Assembly (NCBI GenBank): GCA_963675745.2
Contig: CAXXWX010000001.1
Coordinates: forward strand, 128,001-192,000
Length of the DNA: 64,000 nucleotides
Source: Phycisphaerae bacterium
GTDB lineage: Bacteria > Planctomycetota > Phycisphaerae > UBA1845 > Fen-1342
Direction: 5' to 3'
In this document: piece after piece, positions 8,201 through 17,500 of the stretch
Numbering within the stretch: position 1 is the first letter of the stretch
Layout: each line of letters opens with the position of its first letter
The notes under the pieces: model-generated
Database searches by the model: none
Seen by the model: the letters and a program-made list of their open reading frames with translations, nothing else
Told to the model about the DNA's origin: nothing
Program-made: the position numbers and the translations under genes

Positions 8201-9993
8201 TGGCCAACGGCGTTGATACGGAGAGGGTCACGGTCACGCTGATCGACGCGGATAACAACCCGGTGCCGAATCACAGCGTTTCGCTCGAGGTCATCGCCGG
8301 TGGCGCTGACAACGTTGACATCAGCGCCGCCTCCCGGCGGTCCGACCCCGAGACAGGCGTCGTAACGTTCGACGTCACGTCAACCGAACCCAAGTCTATC
8401 ACGGTCCGGGCCGTCACCACGACCGACAGCCTGACCCTCACCCCCGATGTCAACATTGTCTTCGAGCCCGGTGCCCCCGCCGGGCTCAGATACGTCATAC
8501 AGCCGGTGGACTCCGACATCGGCACACCGCTGGTCGTCGCCATCGAGGTTCTCGACAACGCTGATGCTGACGCCCCCGCCGCGAACCGCGTGGTTGATTT
8601 CAACGGCGCCGTGACCTTGCAACTCCTGAACCCGGAGGGCTGCGCCGGCACGCTTGCCGCAACCACGACGGTCAATGCGGTGAACGGCCTCGCCGAGTGG
8701 ACCGACGCCGAAGACCTGACCATCGATACGGTGTGCAGCGGCTATCGGCTGCGCGCCGCGGCGCTGACCTTCACGCGCGATTCGCAGCCGTTCAGCATCA
8801 CCGCCACCACGACCGACCCGGGAGCGCCGCGCGCGGCGGCCGATCTGGTTCGAGAGCTCCGAGAGCACATGGAGGCGCAGTTTGACCTGACTGGCGTCCC
8901 GAGCGCTCAGTTGGCCGACCTGCTCCGGGTGTTCATCCCCGAAGATGCGCGGGCCACGGGCGAGAAGCTGATCGCCACGCTGGTGCCGCTGGCCCAGGAC
9001 GGCACGACATTCGCCGACTACCGGGCGGCCAGCGATGGCGTGGTCGAGGTGGACATCCGCGTGCCGCTCATCGCCGGCGCGGTAGCCGAGCAACGTGGCT
9101 TCGTCATGAAACTAGAGGACGACTCGTGGCAGCCCGTGTACGGCAACGTCGATCTCGTGGGCAAGCTGACCAACAGCGCCAAACGGGCGCTGCTCGACCG
9201 CGTCGCCGAGGCGCGCGAAGAAATCGAGACACACCGCGCAAACGGTGAGCTGGCAGCGGCTTACGCTCGCTTTGCCGCGAGCGCTGCGGAGCGCGCGGCA
9301 CTGCCGGACGAGGAATCCGTCCAGGCGCTGGAGTCCCTGATGGAAGCGCTTCCGCCACGCTGGGAGGTGCTTGAAGGGCAACTGGCGGACTATCAGGCTG
9401 CGGGGGCGACTGACCCTGACACCGGATATCCGACCCAGCTTCAGAAGACGGGCGAAGATGTTCCGATGTTGCTCGTGTCGGTCCCGCCGGCCGCTCCGGT
9501 TTGGGACGAGTTGGCCCAACTTAGTGTGCCGATAGTGTCCGACCAGCCGCTTGGCACGTATGTGAATTCCACCGCCGGTGAGCGTGAATGGCTGATCTAC
9601 TACATCGACGCGCGTGAGTTGGGCGCGCTGGAGAGCTTTGGCGAGGCCCAGACGCGGGCCGCGGCGCTGGGGCGCGTGCTGCCCACGCGCAGCGAGTGGC
9701 TGCTTGCCGCACTGGTCACACGTGGTCGCCCTGAAATGGCCGAGATCGCCGGCGGACTGTACGAGTGGTGCGCCGATGACCCCGTGGCCGGCGAGCGCTG
9801 GGTGTGTGGCGGCGCCACGCTCAGTATCCAGGGTGAACAGCGTATCTATCCGCAGGCGCCCGCGGCGGCGGCCGACACGGAAACCTGGTGGACCTGGCTG
9901 ACGAACCCGCTCGTCATGCAGACGCGCGCACAGGGTGACGGCCTGACCACTGCGCGTACTGCTCTGCGCCTGTATCCGCCGTCGACACCGTGA
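5245..9993 (+). CDS. T6SS-linked membrane receptor pseudokinase: degenerate Ser/Thr kinase, helical repeats, TM, Pro linker, Big-1/Ig domains, C-terminal FGE-sulfatase-like domain
   Basis: HGGLAPGVLV in place of HRDLKPxNIL; VKVTDFG, SDIIAAG and REPAKRPSA retained; TM ~8041-8103; PAPPPAPPPAP; Big-1 at ~8161-8470; VLPTRSEWLLAA and EIAGGLYEWC echo the FGE motifs RLPTEAEWEYAA and DMAGNVWEW. Alternative start GTG 5176. Confidence 0.75.
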   Translation: MAATFRRLFLKPPSATPEQLGELRDGLQAAAHAQNRLAAKSLHILQFQGALQEDEHHFFIEHEPAEPLVLGDIFDPKGMRMAGGQLVQILAALADALSAAHSAGSARSTVHGGLAPGVLVAGEDGVVKVTDFGFAVEACRALGVESYLNLAVSPCETSTGEWDVADPGATHRDDRICAFIDPDKHGQGTLSTFEAGSDIIAAGMLLYVLAEHVHPYLHSIPGAQRIVDISRMSAYGVPRPVQREDLCSTKKPALRAWVSLVEGMITREPAKRPSARQVAEEIEKHAKGVDSESIQVQRWLAQVEAMFGARQWDELEALLRDRPALDDQPVEVHDRLTTIEDQSKRERAADERRAAVERDHRMANWWFKSLEEAVNSDEWHTAYRLLDERPPLTHWPERIEQQVAPLAKRIRQVRAEHELHTWHESLQNAHDAEDWKTVATLIGKRPALEHWPQDIAENTARIEEAFEAHQAAMRAERERIAADHKVAQEWLGQAQALAAKEEWVSAIDSLAELPQIKHWPDGLREQVDELEDEYRSQLGESVVANLDAFTDSVARQAGEMARELVPDSCGGLLAPDRVETKVDFVMWAPPDTDAHGRARVVVRLTPETAGDKAEPLQGQLDFRLKAVEVLITGGEAEFRAQISQGLPDLLFKRQQAEVAALQERLRDSVFPNLSVSAQLDTPEEQLRAKIGLLGSDASTGQLEVALRWEADSLTWVPVDAAGLVSHALEIAQTITTAAVRERLVTSCEPLGPYRDALLPILGAGAAESGDKLPKTLKYTAEVVIQSGPRRLALPLAVLAVECTEVGRADVSINAEEICRRLDELLLAAQESYRAGLFEQSRQWGHTSTARARVAVQPKRITVPTDEIRFDLRPQGADPATVTGKWDTGRFAYVFSNEAQQILTKLLGETPENFGDVPVSLEAAQKRGKSRGGLFVGGAVLVLVAVSVVAYLGVFRTPAPPPAPPPAPVAPPDPMNSTVTTADGMAVANGVDTERVTVTLIDADNNPVPNHSVSLEVIAGGADNVDISAASRRSDPETGVVTFDVTSTEPKSITVRAVTTTDSLTLTPDVNIVFEPGAPAGLRYVIQPVDSDIGTPLVVAIEVLDNADADAPAANRVVDFNGAVTLQLLNPEGCAGTLAATTTVNAVNGLAEWTDAEDLTIDTVCSGYRLRAAALTFTRDSQPFSITATTTDPGAPRAAADLVRELREHMEAQFDLTGVPSAQLADLLRVFIPEDARATGEKLIATLVPLAQDGTTFADYRAASDGVVEVDIRVPLIAGAVAEQRGFVMKLEDDSWQPVYGNVDLVGKLTNSAKRALLDRVAEAREEIETHRANGELAAAYARFAASAAERAALPDEESVQALESLMEALPPRWEVLEGQLADYQAAGATDPDTGYPTQLQKTGEDVPMLLVSVPPAAPVWDELAQLSVPIVSDQPLGTYVNSTAGEREWLIYYIDARELGALESFGEAQTRAAALGRVLPTRSEWLLAALVTRGRPEMAEIAGGLYEWCADDPVAGERWVCGGATLSIQGEQRIYPQAPAAAADTETWWTWLTNPLVMQTRAQGDGLTTARTALRLYPPSTP

Positions 9994-10295
9994 CGCCTCG
10001 CACCGCGCGGCAGAGTCTGCTTGTCGCGGTGCCGCCCGGACCGACTGACCGGTTCTCGTCGAGTGGTTGCCGACCTTGCGCAGCGCGCCTAGCATATCAT
10101 GTGCTCGCGGAAACACTTGCCGGGTTCGGGTCGGCGGTATATTGTGCGTGGCATGGCCGTGTGGCGCTGCGCAGTGCGGGCAGTGCCTGTTAACCTGTCT
10201 TGCGGGGCAATGCCCCGCAGTGCGGCATCGACTGCTGTTCGGGCGTCGATGTCGGTCGGTCCGATCTAGGCCCCGGTGAGTGCAGGGCGTCGGCG

Positions 10296-11477
10296 ATGGC
10301 TAATAGCGAATCAGAAAACGCGCTGCGGGACGCCGCGGGCAATGCCTTCGAGTCGTTTCGCGTTGCGTTGGCCAAGGCTCCCGAGCCGGATCGCTATCGT
10401 CTGCTGGCGACATTCTTCGAGGACCTGGCAAACCACCAGCAGTCGCAAAGCGGCGTTTCAAACGCCGCCGAACGGGAACACGTTGAACTGCTGGGCAAGA
10501 AACTGCAACGCATTAATGAAGAGCGCGCGCAGCTTGCGGATGACCTGGCGGCCAGCCGTGCTGATGTGGAACATCGCCGCAAACAGCTCGAAGCGGAACT
10601 GGAACGCAGCAGCGAGCTGGAGCGAATCAGCAACGAGCAGCGGGAGCGACTTAAATCGACGCAGCAGCAATTCGCCGAGCTCGAAGAGCAGGTTATTGCC
10701 AAGAATGCGGCGTTGCACGAGGCCGAAAACCAGGTTGAAACGCTCACGCTGCGGCTTCAGCGGGCTGATCTGGCAGCCGGCGACACATCGCGTGTGGATG
10801 CCATTGAGGACGACCGGCGGGAGCTGCGCCGTCAGTTAGAGGAGCTTAGCAACGCGCGGGAGCAACTGCGTATGGACAAAGACGCCGAGATCGAACGACT
10901 CAAGACCGAATTGGCGGAAGTGCGTGCGGCCGCCGCGCGCAGCGGTGACGAGACGCTGGCGGCATTGTGGGAACGTCTGGCCCATGCCAAGCCCCACCTG
11001 GCCCCGGGCGGGGTCCAGCCCACACCGCAGGCCGCCGAGCGGCTATTCGACGCATTCATCGAGTTGGCGCTGTTCACGCATGACTTCGATCAGAGCATGC
11101 GGCCGTTTCTGGGCAGCCTGGCGCGCTACAGCGGCTCGCTGGGGCGCCCGTGGGATGCGTATGCGAAGTCACCGGGAATCGACGACCTGGTCCGCGACAT
11201 TATTGACGTGCAGGCCGGCAAGCCGGCGGCGGTGCTGAAAGCCCGCCTGGTGGCGCTGAAGCGTTGGGTGATCGCGACAATCATGGGCAGTGATACCGCC
11301 GTCGAATCGATCGCGCACGAGCTTGAAGAGCAGTTGCGCGGCGACGTCGGGATGGGAAACGATCCGAATCGCAAGGTAAAGGACTACGTTCGCGACGACG
11401 GACACCAGTTGTTCCTGGAGCATATTCGCGAGCTGCGGAGTCAGAAATTGGCCGACATCTACGCACACGGGGTATGA
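10296..11477 (+). CDS. Coiled-coil protein in the fha/tagH position; C-terminus possibly TagH-C-like, no FHA domain
   Basis: Long E/Q/R/L heptad region followed by a helical globular C-terminus; stop overlaps the start of the tssJ-like gene. Confidence 0.6.
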   Translation: MANSESENALRDAAGNAFESFRVALAKAPEPDRYRLLATFFEDLANHQQSQSGVSNAAEREHVELLGKKLQRINEERAQLADDLAASRADVEHRRKQLEAELERSSELERISNEQRERLKSTQQQFAELEEQVIAKNAALHEAENQVETLTLRLQRADLAAGDTSRVDAIEDDRRELRRQLEELSNAREQLRMDKDAEIERLKTELAEVRAAAARSGDETLAALWERLAHAKPHLAPGGVQPTPQAAERLFDAFIELALFTHDFDQSMRPFLGSLARYSGSLGRPWDAYAKSPGIDDLVRDIIDVQAGKPAAVLKARLVALKRWVIATIMGSDTAVESIAHELEEQLRGDVGMGNDPNRKVKDYVRDDGHQLFLEHIRELRSQKLADIYAHGV

Positions 11478-12148
11478 AAACCATGGCGAATACCGCACCA
11501 CGACCGAATTCTGTGATCGGCGCCATTCGGCGCTACGGGCTGCTTGGGGGCTGTCTGCTGGTCATGGCCATGCAGGCCGGCTGCGCGGCCCGGACCATCT
11601 CTATTTACCAGGATCCGTATATCAACACCGCGGCCCAGGCCAATCGCGCGCCGGCGGACCGCACCGGCGAACCGCTCGAGCTCGCCATCGTCTGCGTCTA
11701 TCCGGACGATCTCAAGAATCCGCAGAACGAGCTGCTGCGGCCGACGTCGTCGATCACCTCCCGCGACTGGTTCGAACGCCGACCGCAACTCGGTATGGAG
11801 AACCAGTCGGCATTCGATCTGCCCAAGGATCGCGTATACGTGATGACGATCGCCGACGACGTCTATGGACGCAAAATCGGCAGCGCGCTGCGCGGCGCCA
11901 AGCTCGACGGCGAGGCCCCCATCCAGAAAAAGGCGATCGAGTTCGATTCCTTCAAACTGCGCGACAGCGATTCGGTGATCTACGTGTTTGGCAAGTTCCT
12001 GGATTCGGCGGGCAACTACTTACCGGTGCCACCGGCCAAGTACAACCCGCCGGGCGCGTACATCCACAAGCTGAGTGTGAAAATCGGTGTCGACGCGGAT
12101 CGTCCGCTGGAAGAAGCTCAGTACATCCGCGTGCTGAACGATCGCTAG
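11474..12148 (+). CDS. Lipoprotein, probable divergent TssJ
   Basis: Lipobox MQAGC; YINTAA...GEPLELAIVCVY resembles TssJ LNP..G.P.PV.VRVY; lies directly upstream of tssK-L-M. Confidence 0.6.
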   Translation: MKTMANTAPRPNSVIGAIRRYGLLGGCLLVMAMQAGCAARTISIYQDPYINTAAQANRAPADRTGEPLELAIVCVYPDDLKNPQNELLRPTSSITSRDWFERRPQLGMENQSAFDLPKDRVYVMTIADDVYGRKIGSALRGAKLDGEAPIQKKAIEFDSFKLRDSDSVIYVFGKFLDSAGNYLPVPPAKYNPPGAYIHKLSVKIGVDADRPLEEAQYIRVLNDR

Positions 12149-12238
12149 CCAAGCGGCGCGGACGCGCAGGCGCCCGCGGGCCGCGGGGAGTCACCTATCG
12201 GGGCGTCAGTCGCGGGCGCCGGCCGGAGAACAGGGCGA

Positions 12239-13660
12239 ATGACGTTTTGGACGGAGATACACTGGTACGAGGGCGTCTTCCTGCGGCCCCACCACTTGCA
12301 GGCCGCCCAGCGCCGCTCAGAGACGCTGGTACGCTCATCATTGGATGCAACGCGGTCATTCGCGTGGGGCGCGGTGGAACTGGAGATCGCCCCCGAGCCG
12401 ATGGAGAACTTCACGCTGCGCGTTGACCGCTGCGAGTTGCGTCTCAAGGACGGCACCTGGGTGCGCATCCCGGACAACACCGAGGTCCCCCCGCTTAGCT
12501 TTGAGGATGCGCTCGAAGCCGGCGGCGGCAAGGTGGATATCTACTTCGGCGTGCCGCAGATGCAGGAGGTGCGGGCCAACGCGGTCTCGCTGGAAGCGCC
12601 GGAGAAAGTCAGCGGAATCCCACGCTTTGAGCCACACCCGATCACACGCCGTGATGAAAACACGGGCGAGAATCCGCAGACGCTCTACGTACGCCGCATG
12701 CGCGGCAAGCTCTTCGTGGCCGGCGACGACATGACCGGCTATGAGGTGGTGCGCCTTTGCCGGGTGAAGCGCACCGACCGCCCCGGCGCCGTGCCCGAGT
12801 TGGATGAGAAGGGCGCGGGGCCGTTGTTGGCGATCCAGGCCGACGCCGGTCTCAGCTCGATGATCTCGTCGCTCGCGGACCAGGTGGAAGCCAAGGACGA
12901 GGTGCTGTCACGCGAGGCCCATGAACACCGCATGATGTTCACGGACGGCGTTCCGGCCAACGTGGAGCATCTGCTCCGGTTGAACGCACTGAACGGCGCG
13001 CGCACGCAGCTTCGCGCGCTGCTGCAAAGCGCGCTGCTGCATCCCTACGACATGTTTGTGGCATTATCGCGGCTGATCGGCGAGATCTCCGTCTTCCATG
13101 AAGACCTGGTGGCCCAGCCGATTCCCGCCTACGATCACGACAACCCCGGCGAGACCTTTGATCAGCTGTACCGGCGCTTGCTGGTGCTGCTGGATGCGCT
13201 GCGGCCGATGGCGTACGTCGAGCGTCCGTTCGCGCGCAAGAAGGATGAGCGCGGGCGCGACGGACTCGAGGTGGAGCTCGACCGCAGTTGGATCGACGAC
13301 AACCTGGATATGTATGTGGGCCTGCATTCAGATGAGCACGATGTCAACGAGCTCCAGCAGCACATCTACGGCACACTGGATATGAAGCTGGCCTCGCCAC
13401 GCCGCTCACCGCGGATTCACAACATCGCGGTGCGCGGCTTGCGTCTACAGATCAAGGCGGTGCCGGCGGGCACCCTCCCCCGGCGTGCCGCGCTGCACTA
13501 CTACCGCGTGGACAAGACAATCGGTCCGGACCGGACCGACTATTGGCGCGAATGCGAGCAGGAGCGGGGTATCCGCATGAGCATTCGCGAGGGTCAAATG
13601 GCGGCGATGGAGAAGTTCAAGCCGGCCCTGTACGTTTGCCTGAAGGCGCCAGCGCGATGA
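12239..13660 (+). CDS. tssK: T6SS baseplate subunit TssK
   Basis: IHWYEGVFLRPHHLQ N-terminal motif, FAWG, LHPYDMF, PAYDHDNPGETF. Confidence 0.93.
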   Translation: MTFWTEIHWYEGVFLRPHHLQAAQRRSETLVRSSLDATRSFAWGAVELEIAPEPMENFTLRVDRCELRLKDGTWVRIPDNTEVPPLSFEDALEAGGGKVDIYFGVPQMQEVRANAVSLEAPEKVSGIPRFEPHPITRRDENTGENPQTLYVRRMRGKLFVAGDDMTGYEVVRLCRVKRTDRPGAVPELDEKGAGPLLAIQADAGLSSMISSLADQVEAKDEVLSREAHEHRMMFTDGVPANVEHLLRLNALNGARTQLRALLQSALLHPYDMFVALSRLIGEISVFHEDLVAQPIPAYDHDNPGETFDQLYRRLLVLLDALRPMAYVERPFARKKDERGRDGLEVELDRSWIDDNLDMYVGLHSDEHDVNELQQHIYGTLDMKLASPRRSPRIHNIAVRGLRLQIKAVPAGTLPRRAALHYYRVDKTIGPDRTDYWRECEQERGIRMSIREGQMAAMEKFKPALYVCLKAPAR

Positions 13661-14463
13661 GCGATTATCACGACAACGTCCCGACTGTCAGACTGACGGA
13701 AGTCTGCTGGCCGGTTTTCGATTTCCTCATCAACTTTGCGCGGCAGATCAAATACAACGCCGCCCCCCCACCGGACCAGGTGCGCTTCGAAGCCCTCTCG
13801 GCCGTGCGCGACGCCGAAGATCTGGCGCGACGTGATCCGATCTCCGAGCGTCTGTGGGAAGACCGCGTCAAGGCGATGATGGTCTACCTGATAGACTACA
13901 AGATGCTCAATTGCGAGTGGGAAGGCCGCGACTTCTGGTTTGACGGGCGCTTCGAAACCGACCCCGATGTGCTCAACAACATCGAGGCGCTGGGCGGCGA
14001 GAAGTTCTTTGAGGACTGCGACGAGATTCAACGCGAGTACGAACTGGCCGAACGCCGGGACCGGCGGGACAAGCACGAGCTGGCCGAGCAACTCGCGCTG
14101 TATTTCATCTGCCTGCGGCTGGGCTTCAAGGGACAATTCCATGATCGTCCCCAGGAGTTGGCGGACTACACGCGCCGGTTGTTCACGCGCTTGCCGGCGT
14201 ATTCGTCGACGCGCGGTAAGGAAATGTTCCCTGAAACCTACCGGCACAACCAGGAACTCAGGGTGGATTACAAGCTGGGTCGCAGCTTGACGGTCGTGCT
14301 GATCGGCCTGCTGGCGGTCATCGCGATATCTCTGGTGACATTCCGTATTGCCTGGAGCCGGGCGGTAAGAGACATCCACACGGTGGCCACGGAATGGGTG
14401 TCGAGTGACAGCCAACCGGCCACGACCGGCGATGATGCGGCCGAAGATGGTGAGCAATCATAG
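13657..14463 (+). CDS. tssL: T6SS membrane subunit TssL (DotU family), no OmpA-type domain
   Basis: ATGA overlap with tssK; LGGEKFF, YFICLRLGFKGQF; single C-terminal TM. Confidence 0.9.
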   Translation: MSDYHDNVPTVRLTEVCWPVFDFLINFARQIKYNAAPPPDQVRFEALSAVRDAEDLARRDPISERLWEDRVKAMMVYLIDYKMLNCEWEGRDFWFDGRFETDPDVLNNIEALGGEKFFEDCDEIQREYELAERRDRRDKHELAEQLALYFICLRLGFKGQFHDRPQELADYTRRLFTRLPAYSSTRGKEMFPETYRHNQELRVDYKLGRSLTVVLIGLLAVIAISLVTFRIAWSRAVRDIHTVATEWVSSDSQPATTGDDAAEDGEQS

Positions 14464-14511
14464 ATTTCATAACCCGCCGCCCGACGGCGTGAGCGACTCA
14501 CGAGGTTTGCG

Positions 14512-17500
14512 ATGAAAAAGCTCATGGGAATGTTCAAGGGCATGCCGCCCGAGTTGCGGATGTTCGTGGCCATGGCGGGCCTCGGCACACCGCTGGGCGC
14601 CATATACCTGCTCCAGCGCTTTGTATTCAAAGGCGTGCCGCTGTTCTTCATCATCATCGGCGTGGCGGTCGTCGTGGGCGCCCTGCTGCTGGTCGGCTTC
14701 CTGGTTAACAGGCTGTGGGGCCGCTCAGCCCGCAAACGCCAGAAGAAAATGGAAGGCGAACTGGCCAGCGGAGCCGAGGCGGGTCCGGTCTCGATGGATC
14801 TGCGCGCCGCGGTCAAATCCAACAACGAGAAGTTCTTTGGCGCCATCAAGGACATGCGCAAGCTGGGGATCAGCGTCTACGACCTGCCCTGGTACATAGT
14901 CATCGGCGACTCGGGCTGCGGAAAGACGAAGCTCGTCAATGAGGGCGGATTGACTTTCTCGACCGGCAAGCCGGAGGGTTACCAGCTCGGCACGTTGAAC
15001 TACAACTGGTGGTTCACCGAAGATGCCATTTTCGTTGATATGGCCGGCCGGCTCTGCAACCCGCAGGATGACGCCGACCATCGTGAATGGCAGTCTTTCC
15101 TGAAGACGGTCGGCGCCGGCCGCAAGGGTTACCCCATCAACGGCGCCATCTGCTGCGTATCCGCCGAACACCTGCTCCAGGATTCGCCCGAGAACCTGGA
15201 GCAAGACGCCAATACGATGCTCGAACGCTTGCGCGACCTGCAAAGCAAGCTGGGCGTCACCTTCGCGACTTATCTGGTCATCACCAAGTGCGACAAAATC
15301 GTGGGGTTCATGCAGTTCTTCGACCGGGCCGAGCGCGACATCACCATCAAAAACCAGATGTTCGGCTGGTCCAAGCCAACCGGTTTTGACGAACTCTACG
15401 ATCCGGAGCGCTTCAGCGAGGATTTCGACGGCGTATATGCGCGGTTAAACGAGTTGCGCCTCAGGCGCCTCAACGATGACGTGGACGAGCTCGAACTGGG
15501 AATGGCGTATGGTTTTCCCGAGGAGTTCGCGCAGCTTCGCGAACCGTTGCAGATTTACGTCCGCGCTCTGTTCCCCATGATCAAGAACCCGCGCGCCGTC
15601 AAGAACCTGATATTCCGCGGTTTGTACTTCACGAGTGCCACGCAGCAGGGTTCGCTGATCCTGCGGCACCTGACCGACCGCCTCGGCACCGACGCCGCGG
15701 GCCAGTTTCCGCCGCTGGAGAGCCTCTATCCCCGACCGCGGCCGCACTTTGTCAAGGACATGCTGATTCGCAAGGTCTTTCCGGAACACGGCCTGGTGTT
15801 CCGCAACGAACAGGAAGTGGTGCGGAATCGCAAGCTGTCCCGGCTGTTGACGATCGCGTCGGCCGCTGTGAGTGTGGTGCTCATATTGTTGCTGGTCATC
15901 AGCGCGGTCAAGTTCGGCAGCCTGATCAGCGAGCCAAGTGTGCGCGCCAATCAATCGCCGCAACTGGCTGCGAAGCCGGTCGAAGCGCTTGAACATGTCG
16001 GCAAGCTCGCCGCCGACGTGGACACGCTGAAAGGCAGCATGTGGCCGACAATCCTCTCGCTGGGCATCGGTGCCAGCCAGCCGGTCAAGGACCTCACCAA
16101 GATTCAGTTGCTGCTGTTCGAAGAGAGTGGTCTGCGCAGCCGCCTCGAGGGCGTCGATGACGGATTGCGGACCGCTGAAATAGTGTCCGACGAGCAGCCG
16201 GGCCAGGGCGGCGTGCCGCTCACGGCCTATCTCGAATCGTTGAACGAGTACATCGCCTGGTACGGCTGCGCCGACGGCGAATCACTGCCCGAGCATCTGG
16301 ATCATGCCAGCTTTGAGCGCCTGGGCGCCATCACCAGGGCCGCCGGCCTGCCCGATGCCCAGGGCAAGCGCGCGGAGATGATCAGCGAGCAGGCCCCCAG
16401 GTATTTCACCGAGATTCACACGCGCGACTGGCACAACCCGGCGCGCATACTGACCGAACCCGGCCTTGACGGTCGCACGCTTGACCCGCCTGGAACGATC
16501 CAGGCCGCGATCTTCCGGCTGCACGACTACATGCGTCGCTATGCGGTGCTGAACGAAACTCACCCCAACGATGTTGTGCGCGAATGGGCGCGAATCCGCG
16601 ATGCCTGCGCGCGCATCGAGGAGTCTTACGCACAGATGCTCGGCGCCGTGTCGGGTCAACTGACCACGCGCCAGCAGCTTGAGGATCTCGCCACGACGTT
16701 CAGCGAGAATTTCAAGATCTTCAACGACTCGGTCGCCGAGCTCGAATGGCGCCTCAAGCCTGCCAGCGGCTTTTTGCGAATCGCCATGATACGCGACGCG
16801 CTGCTGGTCGAGCGTGAGCGCTGGCTTGCGCAACAGAGCGCAATGCGGGAGGCGTATGCGACGTGCAACGAGGCCGCCGGCGACAATCCGAACGACCCGG
16901 TGCTCGTCGCGATTGATGCTCTGTCAACCGGCATGGACACGCAGCTCCGCGGACTCGACCGCATGCTCGCCGACAGCATCCAGGCCGCCGGTCTGGCCGA
17001 TCGCGGATACTTCGAGGGCTATTTTGACGATGCGTTTCACCAGCTCGTCAAAGAGGTGGATGCCGCCTACGGGCACATCTTCACGATCGTTCGCGCCGGG
17101 GATGCTCCGGACGACGACGCGCTGGAGCTGACCGTTCAGTTGACCGGCACGGTACACCCCACGCTGAAGCAGGTCGCCGCCCGGCTGGGCAAGCTCGGCG
17201 CGGGCAGCCTGGGAGCCGATACACCCGCCGATTGGATCGCCGAGATAAAGGATCTGCTCTACGGCGAAGAGGATGAGGGCCCGACAACCATCGATGCGAG
17301 TCGCTTCGGCGAGTTGCACGCCCGCTGGCGCCCGCAGCAGCTTGCGAATCTGAGCACCGCCTACGAGGAGTTACTGCTGAAGGGTCGCGGCACACTGTTG
17401 CTGCGCTCGATCGAGAGCAGTCTGGCAGATGTCGGCCCGTGGGGCATTGGTGAGTTGCAGCCCGAGTGGCGCGACATGCGGCGTTCGGCATACTACATCG

